Shown: positions 8,965-17,987 of the stretch, one piece after another
How positions within the stretch are numbered: the first letter of the stretch is position 1
How the letters are laid out: every line of letters begins with the position of its first letter
From: a virus
Taxonomy: Duplodnaviria > Caudoviricetes
Length of the DNA stretch: 64,000 nucleotides
Virus record (IMG/VR): IMGVR_UViG_3300042542_006078
Direction: 5' to 3' (one strand)
Translations under genes and position numbers: made by a program
Notes under the pieces: generated by a model
The model's database searches: none
Told to the model about the DNA's origin: nothing
Seen by the model: the letters and a program-made list of their open reading frames with translations, nothing else

Positions 8965-9831
8965 TTACTTTTTTCTTTTTTTAATTTCAAGAATCAGATT
9001 CTGCATTAGTTTTGTTGCTTTGTCGATTAGATTGCTTTTCTTGACATCGATATTATTTTGGCTGTATTTTTCCTTGTATCCAAAAACAGTGCCTTCAATG
9101 CAGTTTTCTGGCACAAAGATACCTGAATAACGACATTGATTTACAATTGGCATGATTGCTTCTTTGGGGTTAATATAACTATTTTGCTTGCAGTCAACCA
9201 TGGATAGTGGTATTTTCCTGTTCACATAATCATCTGCTCCATCATCTCCGTGAATGAAAAATGCAGCGACTTTTCCTTCGTAATGGTTTTTCAGTAGGTC
9301 ACGATATTTTCCGCTTTGTTCTGCTGCTATGGTCAGCTTTGGGTTTTTTATGTCTTTTCCATAGATTTCTTTTGCTTGTTCTTGAGTAAGAGTGAGGTTG
9401 ACGCAGACAAGTCTGTCAAATAAGGCTTTGACTTGACTACTTGGTCCAGACCAATGAACAGGAGTGAAGACTACAAATCCATCGGCTTTTTTTAATTTTT
9501 TATAAACATCTTTTTCGTGCATAAGATCATTTGTTCCATCACCTTTATCATAACAATCACAAGGATAATGGCAATGAAAACCATTGCTTGTTCCGATGCA
9601 ACCTTTACATGGTCTAATTTGAGGATCAGTATCCATGACCTTTAGATCGATAAGAGTGATCTTCACTTCTTTGGTGATTTTTTGAATGGCTTCATTTAGA
9701 AGAAAACTTGTCTTGCTATTTCCTCCAGAACACGAGTCTTTTGTTCTGGGGCTACCCTGAAATGCAACAATATTGATTTTGTCGTTATTATTGCCTGTTG
9801 CTTCTGCTAAATACTCAATAAAGCTAATCAT
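8965..9831 (-). CDS. Flavodoxin-fold NAD(P)H-dependent FMN reductase / iron-sulfur flavoprotein-like
   Basis: FQGSPR..SKT, PCKGC..CHYPCDC, ADGFVVFTPVHW..PSSQVKALFDRL. Confidence 0.85.
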   Translation of the reverse strand: MISFIEYLAEATGNNNDKINIVAFQGSPRTKDSCSGGNSKTSFLLNEAIQKITKEVKITLIDLKVMDTDPQIRPCKGCIGTSNGFHCHYPCDCYDKGDGTNDLMHEKDVYKKLKKADGFVVFTPVHWSGPSSQVKALFDRLVCVNLTLTQEQAKEIYGKDIKNPKLTIAAEQSGKYRDLLKNHYEGKVAAFFIHGDDGADDYVNRKIPLSMVDCKQNSYINPKEAIMPIVNQCRYSGIFVPENCIEGTVFGYKEKYSQNNIDVKKSNLIDKATKLMQNLILEIKKRKK

Positions 9832-9885
9832 ATTACTTCCAATTATAGTTTTTCTAATATATATATTTCGAGGAGATCAATAAAG

Positions 9886-10215
9886 ATGAGAAGTTACAAA
9901 GAGTTTCTTGCAGAAAAATATACAATTCGAGATTCTGGCGAGATTAATGAAGCAGTTGCCAAGAAAAAGGAAACTTCCAAGAAGAAGGAATCTGCCAAGA
10001 AAGACAAAAGCACAGACAAGATTAATTGCATGCAGGAAATTGTAGCTGAGTTGAAAAATACATTTAAGCATTACAGTCTTACGACAAGAAAATATGTGTG
10101 GGAAAAATTAATTTCTACGAAAGGTAAAGAGCTTGTTGGCAAGTTGGTTCATGATCCAATGATCTATCGTACAACCAGTCCATTTACTCAATTGGTTACT
10201 GACACCAAAAAATAA
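9886..10215 (+). CDS. Hypothetical protein with capsid-targeting-like N-terminus
   Basis: GAGGAG RBS; starts MRSYKEFLAE. Confidence 0.75.
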   Translation: MRSYKEFLAEKYTIRDSGEINEAVAKKKETSKKKESAKKDKSTDKINCMQEIVAELKNTFKHYSLTTRKYVWEKLISTKGKELVGKLVHDPMIYRTTSPFTQLVTDTKK

Positions 10216-10216
10216 T

Positions 10217-10245
10217 TTGACATGAGCATGATGTTTTGGAATAAT
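10217..10245 (+). promoter_or_regulatory. Sigma70-type promoter TTGACA-N17-AATAAT
   Basis: Perfect -35, 5/6 -10, 17-nt spacer, upstream of ATG at 10284. Confidence 0.5.
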
Positions 10246-10283
10246 TGAATACGCACAACCCGTGCGTATTTATGGAGATTGAA

Positions 10284-10574
10284 ATGAAGAAGATTATGTT
10301 TTTGGCGATTGCTGGCATTGGATTCTTCGGACTTGATGCCAATGCTGGCATTTTCAACAAGAAGAGCAAAACATGTTCTAATGGATCTTGCTCATCTAGC
10401 CAGACAAGTAGAGTTAGAACTGTTGTTGCGGCCCCATCTAAGGCACAAGCGCCAACTGCGCCTCAAAAGAAGGTGGAAGCTCCATCTCCTGTAAAAGCAC
10501 AAGAAAGCAAGCCGGGACAGGCTCCCGCTCCTGTTAAGGCCCCTTCCAAGAAGGTTGCTGCTCCTCAGCAGTAA
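10284..10574 (+). CDS. Small exported Pro/Ala/Lys-rich protein
   Basis: GGAG RBS; signal peptide MKKIMFLAIAGIGFFGLDANA; CSNGSC motif (ORF track start 10245). Confidence 0.7.
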   Translation: MKKIMFLAIAGIGFFGLDANAGIFNKKSKTCSNGSCSSSQTSRVRTVVAAPSKAQAPTAPQKKVEAPSPVKAQESKPGQAPAPVKAPSKKVAAPQQ

Positions 10575-10580
10575 TTTTAA

Positions 10581-10847
10581 TTAAGGTTTAGCTTGTGGTG
10601 CAGCAGGCGCAGGCCCGGCAGCGGGTGCTGCGCCTCCACCACCTCCCCCTCCGCCATCGCATGGTCCCGCTCCTCCTCCTTGACCACAAATGCGAATTTC
10701 CCCTGCCAAAGACCTAGGGGTTGGGTCTTTTGGGCTTGGTTTTGGTTTTTGGGGTGGATTGTCTCTTGGACCCGGTTTGAATGGATGACCTTTTCCTTTG
10801 CTGGAATACATTTCTTCTATTTGATTTAGCCAGTTCTTGAAATTCAT
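10581..10847 (-). CDS. Small Gly/Pro-rich protein
   Basis: Starts MNFKNWL; TAAATA 4 nt upstream. Confidence 0.65.
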   Translation of the reverse strand: MNFKNWLNQIEEMYSSKGKGHPFKPGPRDNPPQKPKPSPKDPTPRSLAGEIRICGQGGGAGPCDGGGGGGGGAAPAAGPAPAAPQAKP

Positions 10848-10903
10848 GTTATATTTACGCTAACTTAACATAAATAATATAAACTTTTTATCTTAGGAAT
10901 TGC

Positions 10904-11479
10904 ATGAGCGAATCATTTCATGAATATGTTAACAACAGAGAAGATCGTCATTTGTTTGAACAAACTGACATTCCTATGAAGTTGATTACAGAAGCGATTG
11001 TGAGCGAAGGATTAAAGTATCACTTGGAAAATAATTTATCCCTTTCCAACACCGTGTTCCGATATGGAAGCGAAGCGTATTATACTTTGGTCAACGAAGT
11101 TCGTGATCTTTATCGCAATAGACTTATAGAAATCAATGCTCATGATAAGTTTTTCATAGATACGGATTTGGGATGTGAAGCTGTTTATCATGGTCAGAGT
11201 GTAAAGCTTGATAGTCCTATGCGTTCATCTGGTCCTAAAAAGTATCAGGTTTTTGTGAACTCTGGCAGGAAAAATGCTCAAGGTGAAACGATTGCCAAAA
11301 AGGTTACATTTGGATACAGAGGTCTTAGTGTAAAAAATTACTCCGATGCAAGAAGAAAATCATTTCTTGCAAGACATAAATGCAATGAAAAGAAAGATAG
11401 GACAACTCCCGGTTATTGGGCTTGCAATGTAGGCAGATATGCTAAGAAATTAGGTTTGAGTTCATCAAAGAGATGGTAG
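10904..11479 (+). CDS. Conserved large-phage hypothetical protein
   Basis: KKVTFG..RRKSFLARHKC..KKDRTTPGYWAC motif recalled from large T4-like phages. Confidence 0.6.
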   Translation: MSESFHEYVNNREDRHLFEQTDIPMKLITEAIVSEGLKYHLENNLSLSNTVFRYGSEAYYTLVNEVRDLYRNRLIEINAHDKFFIDTDLGCEAVYHGQSVKLDSPMRSSGPKKYQVFVNSGRKNAQGETIAKKVTFGYRGLSVKNYSDARRKSFLARHKCNEKKDRTTPGYWACNVGRYAKKLGLSSSKRW

Positions 11480-11751
11480 ACAACAGTCACATTCCAGCAA
11501 AACAAGAAATCAATGATGGTGTCATTTATCGTTGTTTCAGCAAAGATGTTGATTCAGACGAGTTGAAATGGCATTGGGATGAAAAAGATCGTTTGGTTAA
11601 AGTCTTAAATGAAAATGATTGGCTATATCAATCAGATAACAATTTTCCAATTGTTTTGAAAAAAAATACAGAAATTTTCATTAAAGCTGGAGAATGGCAC
11701 AGGGTAATTAAAGGATCGACTGATTTGGAAGTTCGTGTTATTGAAAGTTAG
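11473..11751 (+). CDS. Small cupin-fold protein
   Basis: WHWDEKDR and IKAGEWHRVIKG cupin motifs. Confidence 0.65.
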   Translation: MVDNSHIPAKQEINDGVIYRCFSKDVDSDELKWHWDEKDRLVKVLNENDWLYQSDNNFPIVLKKNTEIFIKAGEWHRVIKGSTDLEVRVIES

Positions 11752-12152
11752 TTGCGACTAGGGATAATTTCCTCACATGAATCAAATAATCCTTTAACCG
11801 TATATTGTATTCTTTTATTTTCTATATCATCTTTACTGATAATTTCAGATAAAATAAAATCGTGAAATATACATTTACTTTTTCCTTCTTGAATAATGAC
11901 GCAGAATTTTTTTGATATAAGATTTACACTAGATAATTTATCAATGGCGAATTTATCATCAAAGCACATTGTGAGATTCTCTTCTGGGCATTCAGAAGGG
12001 AGTTTGGTATCGTATTTAATTAACTTAAACTCTGGTAAAATAATTTCCCAAGTGGCAGAAAGATGCCACTTAGCCGTTGTGTGAAAAAGTTCTCTTTGAA
12101 ATGTCATCATGAGGAGACTATAAAAAATTATTCGTAAAATTGCAACATGCAA
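11748..12152 (-). CDS. Hypothetical protein (start uncertain, possibly 12110)
   Basis: ORF fills the space between genes. Confidence 0.4.
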   Translation of the reverse strand: MHVAILRIIFYSLLMMTFQRELFHTTAKWHLSATWEIILPEFKLIKYDTKLPSECPEENLTMCFDDKFAIDKLSSVNLISKKFCVIIQEGKSKCIFHDFILSEIISKDDIENKRIQYTVKGLFDSCEEIIPSRN

Positions 12153-12700
12153 GTTGGTATTTTTGGTGCAACATACTTTAGAAACTCAAATGCGCCCTTG
12201 TTTGAAAAGACTATTTCATTCCTGTCTCTTGCTGTGCGTACTTCACAGTCGCAATCCAAAGAATTAAAATAATTTGCTATAACTTGACTGCCTTCTGCTC
12301 CAAACTTATGAGTTCTGAGGTAAGATTTTCTTTTGCTTTTTTTGCCAGCATCGAGAAACCAAGTCATCCATGCCTCATCTGATAAAATGTCGAGCATTTC
12401 TTTTGTGATGATCTTTTTCCCGTCCTTGTAAAAAATCCTGTAAACTTGGTTGAAAACAGGATAGGCTATGCTATAGCAGCGGAATGTATTTTTGTCTTTT
12501 TTAACAGTTTGATCATCAATTTTGAAAAAATCAGACAAAACTTCAATTTTATAATCTAGCCAAAGTTTGTTGCTATCCCTCATAGCAAGGTAGCAGTTTT
12601 TACCCCTATCGGGTTTGATTATGGAAGAACCACCCAATATTGTTCCGTACAGAGTTTGTTTCTGCGATTCCTTAAGTTGAGGTCCAGATTGGTATGTCAT
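12128..12700 (-). CDS. LAGLIDADG_2 (I-SceI-like) protein with degenerate active site
   Basis: QKQTLYGTILGGSSI and LSDEAWMTWFLDAG helices. Confidence 0.75.
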   Translation of the reverse strand: MTYQSGPQLKESQKQTLYGTILGGSSIIKPDRGKNCYLAMRDSNKLWLDYKIEVLSDFFKIDDQTVKKDKNTFRCYSIAYPVFNQVYRIFYKDGKKIITKEMLDILSDEAWMTWFLDAGKKSKRKSYLRTHKFGAEGSQVIANYFNSLDCDCEVRTARDRNEIVFSNKGAFEFLKYVAPKIPTCMLQFYE

Positions 12701-12821
12701 AATTTACCTCTAATTATATACTTTTTTCGCAAGATTTTTTCCGAAAAATGATTATAAGTTTCAACAAAATAAGGCAGCAACAATAAATATAATGTTCTTT
12801 TCTTTATAAGGAGAAATATAA

Positions 12822-13385
12822 ATGGCAGCTACAACTACACAAGGGACCGGACCCGGTTCCGCTTCCAATATTAAGCCATTGATTATCAATGGTACTGTAA
12901 AAACATTAAATCTCGAATCAAACGCTGTTACCGCACCGAAGCTTGATAACAACGCACTATCAAAAGCGCCAGTAGTTCTTAACACAGCAACTCAAACACT
13001 TAACTCCAGCTATGCTGGTATTCCTTTGGTTTTCGATAGAGCGGCTGGTGTTGTTGTAACTCTTCCAGAAGCAACTGGTACTGGCGATATCTATAAGTTT
13101 TATGTAAACACCACTGTAACTAGCAATAGTTATAAGATTCAAGTTGAAAATGCAACTGATGTTATTTGCGGCCTTGCTTTTGGTGATGATGGTGATGGCG
13201 AACCAGCTAATGCTTGGGCTTCAGGTGCTTCTTCTGACACCATCACAATGGATGGCAGCACACAGGGCGGCATTAAAGGCGACAGCGTTGAAATTACTGA
13301 CATTGCGTCTGGTCTTTTCTCTTGCAAGGTATTCATTACCCAAAGTGGTACTGAAGCTACTCCTTTCAGCGCAGCAGTTTCTTAA
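12822..13385 (+). CDS. Putative virion (head decoration-like) protein
   Basis: AGGAG RBS; DRAAGVVVTLPEATGTG..SGTEATPFSAAVS resembles a widespread phage structural family. Confidence 0.55.
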   Translation: MAATTTQGTGPGSASNIKPLIINGTVKTLNLESNAVTAPKLDNNALSKAPVVLNTATQTLNSSYAGIPLVFDRAAGVVVTLPEATGTGDIYKFYVNTTVTSNSYKIQVENATDVICGLAFGDDGDGEPANAWASGASSDTITMDGSTQGGIKGDSVEITDIASGLFSCKVFITQSGTEATPFSAAVS

Positions 13386-13397
13386 CACTGAGGTATT

Positions 13398-13724
13398 ATG
13401 GGGGCTACGACCACAGAAGGTACAGGTCCGGGGATTGCAAAAAGAGACACCAAGGGAAGACTATCCCTTGGTGTCTCTTCGTTAATTGGTCCCAAAATAG
13501 TTGCATCTGGGATCACAACTTTGAATGGCACATCTGAATATATTTACATACCTCAACAGATTGGATTAGTTAGCGATTACTGCGTTATTTTAACAAACAA
13601 CTCTTCTAATCATCCATACATTTCAAACGCTTTGTTGCCCATTTCTGGGTCAAATGAATGGAGATTCCAGATAACTGCTGGAAATAATGATGTCGTTCAC
13701 TATCTTGTAGTTAAAATAGGTTAA
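13398..13724 (+). CDS. Putative virion protein; N-terminus paralogous to upstream gene
   Basis: GAGG RBS; MGATTTEGTGPG vs MAATTTQGTGPG. Confidence 0.6.
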   Translation: MGATTTEGTGPGIAKRDTKGRLSLGVSSLIGPKIVASGITTLNGTSEYIYIPQQIGLVSDYCVILTNNSSNHPYISNALLPISGSNEWRFQITAGNNDVVHYLVVKIG

Positions 13725-13745
13725 GGAAAAATTCAAAATTTTTTA

Positions 13746-14117
13746 ATGCAACAAAAAAAATGTAAAAAATGCAAATTTGATAAGCCTATAGAATCATTTA
13801 GAATTTGCCGTTTGTATAAAGGAATGGAGCAAGGCAGTTATAGGCGATCTGAATGTATTGACTGTGAGAAAAAAAGTTCTGATCAATTGAGAAAAATAAA
13901 ACATACTGTTCCAGAAAAGCCTAAAAAGTGTGATTGTTGTCAAGAAATTACTGAAAATTTTGTTCCAGATCACAATCATGAAACTGGTAATTTTCGTGGT
14001 TGGTTATGCAGGAATTGTAATCAGGGAATTGGTAAATTAGGTGATAACTTAGAAGGATTGTTGAGGGCTGTGAGTTACATTATGAAAAACGATTTTACTC
14101 ATCGTCCTTTGGTTTGA
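13746..14117 (+). CDS. Endonuclease VII-domain protein
   Basis: CDCC..VPDHNHETGNFRGWLCRNCNQGIG.LGD; N-terminal CxxC..CxxC. Confidence 0.9.
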   Translation: MQQKKCKKCKFDKPIESFRICRLYKGMEQGSYRRSECIDCEKKSSDQLRKIKHTVPEKPKKCDCCQEITENFVPDHNHETGNFRGWLCRNCNQGIGKLGDNLEGLLRAVSYIMKNDFTHRPLV

Positions 14118-14658
14118 AGAATTTAATGTTTTTATCGGCCCATTCTATTGCCATGTGGGCTCCTCTGTTGAGAAGTCCTACAAGTTGAGTTGGGTTTCCG
14201 CTTCCTTCAATTGCGATGTTATCTCTTTCTGCGTTTTCGATCCAAACAAGTGCAAAAACAAGGCCATTTCTTTGTTTAAGTTCTGATGCCATTTGTCTTA
14301 TTGTAAGAAGTGACATGTCTGGAAGTCCTAATTCCTTTTGTTTGGCTTTTTTTAGGTCTCCATTTGATTCAAGAACATTAGCCAGTTTCTTTTGAAGCAT
14401 TTTGATTGTTTCAAATTTTTTTGTTTGTTCTATAACAATTTGATATGAAAAATCTTTTGGGTCACTTTGATTTGCAAGAACGAGCAAATTACAAGGGTAG
14501 TTTTCTTTTATTTCCGTTATTTGTACAGATAGTGCTGTAAGGGTTGCTTCTTTATTAATTTTGAAGTGAATCCAAGAATATTCCGTACTAGTGTCGATTA
14601 TTGATATTCCCTCATATTTATTGAGAGTCTTTACAAGAGACTCGAATTCCTTTTCCAT
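14095..14658 (-). CDS. Hypothetical protein
   Basis: 187-aa ORF with 1-nt overlap to upstream gene. Confidence 0.7.
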   Translation of the reverse strand: MEKEFESLVKTLNKYEGISIIDTSTEYSWIHFKINKEATLTALSVQITEIKENYPCNLLVLANQSDPKDFSYQIVIEQTKKFETIKMLQKKLANVLESNGDLKKAKQKELGLPDMSLLTIRQMASELKQRNGLVFALVWIENAERDNIAIEGSGNPTQLVGLLNRGAHMAIEWADKNIKFFKPKDDE

Positions 14659-15191
14659 TAATCCTCCAAAATTCCATTATTGTCTAGAGAACGCACAAGT
14701 TGCATAAGATGTTTGCACATTCCCGGTAATTTACGAGGATTCGCAGAACCGGGATTTATTTTCGCTTCGTACTTTCTTTTCTTTCTGCCATACAAAGATC
14801 GGTCGATATGATCTTCGTAGTTGAAGCGCCAATAAAAATCTTGACACCCGCAACGAAGAACAACATCCTGATTTGTATTCAGTCTTTCAAAAAAATACTT
14901 GCTTCCATTACTTGTGGATAACTCGGCCAAATGTGGATTTTTAGAATCGTAATACCTCACATTCTTGAAAAGAATCATAGGGTTATATTCTGTACCTTTT
15001 AGCTCATTCCTTGCCAAGCCTTTCACAAATAAAGTTCTAACACCTAGGAATGGAACGAATGATAAATTTGTAATACTTATTTCGTTAACCGAATTTTGCC
15101 TTTTCCTTGTGTTTGGAAAGGCATTTACGGCACTCGTATACAATCCTTGTAGGCTTGATTCATTGAGTTCGAGCCAATTGTGGAACTTCAT
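14658..15191 (-). CDS. SWIM-type zinc-finger protein
   Basis: LRCGCQDF...GMCKHL; start placed at MKFHNWLELNES, TAAATA 5 nt upstream (track start 15227). Confidence 0.7.
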   Translation of the reverse strand: MKFHNWLELNESSLQGLYTSAVNAFPNTRKRQNSVNEISITNLSFVPFLGVRTLFVKGLARNELKGTEYNPMILFKNVRYYDSKNPHLAELSTSNGSKYFFERLNTNQDVVLRCGCQDFYWRFNYEDHIDRSLYGRKKRKYEAKINPGSANPRKLPGMCKHLMQLVRSLDNNGILED

Positions 15192-15284
15192 ACATATATT
15201 TATCGGATATTCAAATTTTTCATTCAAAGTAAACTAATATATCCATAGATTTTCGGCAATCTGTAAAAAATGACGAAGTGATTT

Positions 15285-15611
15285 ATGTCAGACAATAATC
15301 AAGATAACCTTCCAGACAAATCGTCACTAGCTGACGAGGATTTTATTGCATTTGACATGAAGCGTTTTGAGGTCAGGACTCGCCCAGCAAAGGGAGGAGG
15401 CTTAGAGAACGCCATTTTCATTGGAGGAGAGTTGCTTGATTGGACTGTTGATCTAAACAGTCTAATGGAAGCAGCAAAAATGGGGCCTCAATATATTCGT
15501 GAAGTTCAAAAGGATATAGAAAAACACTTTGCCAATTCTGTTTCTGATTTCCTCGGCAGGAAGGTTACAATTGAGGAAATCCAAAAAGCCACCAAAACTG
15601 GTTGGATTTAA
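15285..15611 (+). CDS. Hypothetical protein
   Basis: 108-aa ORF followed by hairpins and terminator. Confidence 0.7.
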   Translation: MSDNNQDNLPDKSSLADEDFIAFDMKRFEVRTRPAKGGGLENAIFIGGELLDWTVDLNSLMEAAKMGPQYIREVQKDIEKHFANSVSDFLGRKVTIEEIQKATKTGWI

Positions 15612-15671
15612 TTTCATTTGATTTTTAACCCTGATGGGAGGTGATTCAGCTTAAAAAATCAAATGAAATAG

Positions 15672-15711
15672 AAAAGGGCTGTTAGGTTGTTCCTAACAGC
15701 CCTTTTTTTTT
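15672..15711. terminator. Bidirectional intrinsic terminator
   Basis: 15-bp perfect stem aaaagggctgttagg/cctaacagccctttt, T-run, between convergent genes. Confidence 0.85.
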
Positions 15712-17188
15712 AGTTCAACCAAGTTTTCTTAGGATCGTTCATTCTACCAAAAATTGATTCAAGAAATTTTTTGTCTTTATTTTGAATTTTTGAACTTTCT
15801 CCAGTCATTCCGCTATGCATGCTTTCCTCTTCTTCTTTTTGTCTTGCAAGTTTAGCAGCATCTTGAGCAGATTTTTGCGCCAAAGCTGATTGAAAAGGAG
15901 TGCGTCCAGTAGGAGCAGTAGGAGCAGTAGGAGCAGTAGGAGCGGTAGGAGCAGTAGGAGCTACAGGAGAAGTAGGTTTTGGTTGCGCTTGTTGCTTTTT
16001 AAGTTCTTGCATGCCTTTTTCCCAAGAACTCAATGGCTTTTCTGGTTGTGCAGCGGCAACTGGTTGTGCGGCTTGCTGCTGAATTTCCTTTGCAACTTTT
16101 TGCCTTGTTTGCTGTCCAAATTTCATGTGTTGCTTTAATGCTGTTGCAAACTGAGCAAATTCTTCTGTAGGCAGAACACCATGTCTAGCCAAAATATTTT
16201 CATACGCACTTAGCTTATCTTGAACACTCTTAATGATTGGCTCATCACGCTTTTGATCCCAAAGTTCTTGAGAAACATCTCCACCTTGGTATCCTCGACC
16301 AGCAAACCAGTTTGTCAGATTAGTTTTTTGACGACCCAACCAGTCGCCAACTGCCCTGAAAAGGCTTTCATCGATTCTTCCCCTCAATGTTCTGTGATAA
16401 GATTCAATAACATCATCAGGATTGATTCCATTGCTCATGAAATCAACAATGTGGCTTCTTATTTCATTGAAATTTCTTACTTTTTCGCCTGAAAAAACAC
16501 AATTTCTAATGTATGGATTTTGAATTGATTCTCTTTTAGGTGCGCTTGTAGTAAAGGCATCAGATGGTTCTGGCACAGTCAGAATAGGTGATTTTGATTG
16601 TTGACTGAATTGATAAGGAGTTGACACACCTGCAAATGTTGGATCTTCTATGTTATATGTACTTGGATCAGCTTCTGGAACACTAGATGGCTCGCCTTGT
16701 CGGCGGCGTGTTTGGAATTCTGGTCTATTTTCAGGATTTGCCTCGGGGGCAAGATCTTGTCCGGTTTCATCGCCAGTTTCATATTCAGGTTCAGACATTG
16801 GTTTTTGGAAATCGCCAAAATAATTCTTAAACTCTGGATGATCGTATTGTCCTTGTGGTTGTTGTGAGTTAAATCTCAAACTAGTGATAAGTTCAAGAAT
16901 GTCATGGCTGAATCCTGAAGACGAGAATATCTTTTGCATATAAGCAGAACTTTGATAACGATTTGAAAGATCGCTTAATGCCTGCTGCAACTCCATGGTT
17001 GCTCTTTGAATTTCCCTGTCACTATTCTGTTCTTCAATAACCCAAACACTGAATGATTCTTGGAAATATTCGTTGTTGGACAACCAACTTACAAATTTCT
17101 TCGGGCTTACACCATTGAGTGCCAATAGATGCATGGCTTCTTTAACAAGTTCCATGTTTTTTAATGTTGTTCTTGATGGTCTAATCAT
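15710..17188 (-). CDS. Large low-complexity hypothetical protein with PTA repeats
   Basis: AGAGG RBS before MIRPSR at 17188 (track start 17296 overlaps next gene). Confidence 0.75.
   Translation of the reverse strand: MIRPSRTTLKNMELVKEAMHLLALNGVSPKKFVSWLSNNEYFQESFSVWVIEEQNSDREIQRATMELQQALSDLSNRYQSSAYMQKIFSSSGFSHDILELITSLRFNSQQPQGQYDHPEFKNYFGDFQKPMSEPEYETGDETGQDLAPEANPENRPEFQTRRRQGEPSSVPEADPSTYNIEDPTFAGVSTPYQFSQQSKSPILTVPEPSDAFTTSAPKRESIQNPYIRNCVFSGEKVRNFNEIRSHIVDFMSNGINPDDVIESYHRTLRGRIDESLFRAVGDWLGRQKTNLTNWFAGRGYQGGDVSQELWDQKRDEPIIKSVQDKLSAYENILARHGVLPTEEFAQFATALKQHMKFGQQTRQKVAKEIQQQAAQPVAAAQPEKPLSSWEKGMQELKKQQAQPKPTSPVAPTAPTAPTAPTAPTAPTGRTPFQSALAQKSAQDAAKLARQKEEEESMHSGMTGESSKIQNKDKKFLESIFGRMNDPKKTWLN
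15909..15962 (-). repeat. 9-bp coding tandem repeat x6 (PTA)
   Basis: gtaggagc(a/g/t) x6 on + strand. Confidence 0.9.
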
Positions 17189-17198
17189 AATACCTCTT

Positions 17199-17987
17199 TC
17201 ATTCAGGTAGCTTATATTTATATTTTTGCAAGTCCATTTTAACAAATGGTAACTTTGGCAATTCTCTCTTTTCTGTATATATTGGCTCCAAACCATTATC
17301 TAGTTCTTCGTTCCAATTTTTGAGCATTTTTATGTCGGTGAAATAAGATTGATGGTTCATCAGTTGTTCTTTGTGCTTTCTAATAGCCCTACACACTCCG
17401 ATTACCTTGAGATCATCATTTTGAAACAAAGGTCCACCACTGTCTCCAACCATACAATATGCATTTGTTCTAATAAGACCTTTGAATATATTTGGGTTGT
17501 ATGTCTTGGTTTGTGTGATTTGGCCATAATCAATTCTTGCATCATCCATCATCCCAAATCCTATGTGGAATATATTTGAACCCATGAATATTTTATGGTC
17601 GAAATTAATTTGCACTGTCGGCAATTTCTCATCTGACTCAAAAACACCTATTGCCAAATCTTCTTTTGGTTCCAAGGCATAAATGAACATAGGATAAGTT
17701 TTTTCTGATTCGATTTCTGCGTGTTTTTTGTATTTGAATATTTTTACAAAGAATGGACCGTTACTTTCCGCTATGTGTTCTGCTGTAATAATAGCGTTGC
17801 GATACTTGTTGCCGTTTTTGGTTGATCTGACTATGAAGCCGCTTCCTCCAGTTTCATTTTTTGTATCAGTTATGCATACAGTTGGATAAAGACAAGATGA
17901 ATAAATATTATCTGGAACTTTTTGTGCAAATCCAGTTGTAATACTAATCATTAAAATAAAAAAAGACGATAATATGAATTTTTTCAT
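17199..17987 (-). CDS. Exported trypsin-like serine protease
   Basis: Signal peptide; GGSGFIV, TAEH, DLAI, GDSGGPL triad. Confidence 0.9.
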   Translation of the reverse strand: MKKFILSSFFILMISITTGFAQKVPDNIYSSCLYPTVCITDTKNETGGSGFIVRSTKNGNKYRNAIITAEHIAESNGPFFVKIFKYKKHAEIESEKTYPMFIYALEPKEDLAIGVFESDEKLPTVQINFDHKIFMGSNIFHIGFGMMDDARIDYGQITQTKTYNPNIFKGLIRTNAYCMVGDSGGPLFQNDDLKVIGVCRAIRKHKEQLMNHQSYFTDIKMLKNWNEELDNGLEPIYTEKRELPKLPFVKMDLQKYKYKLPE

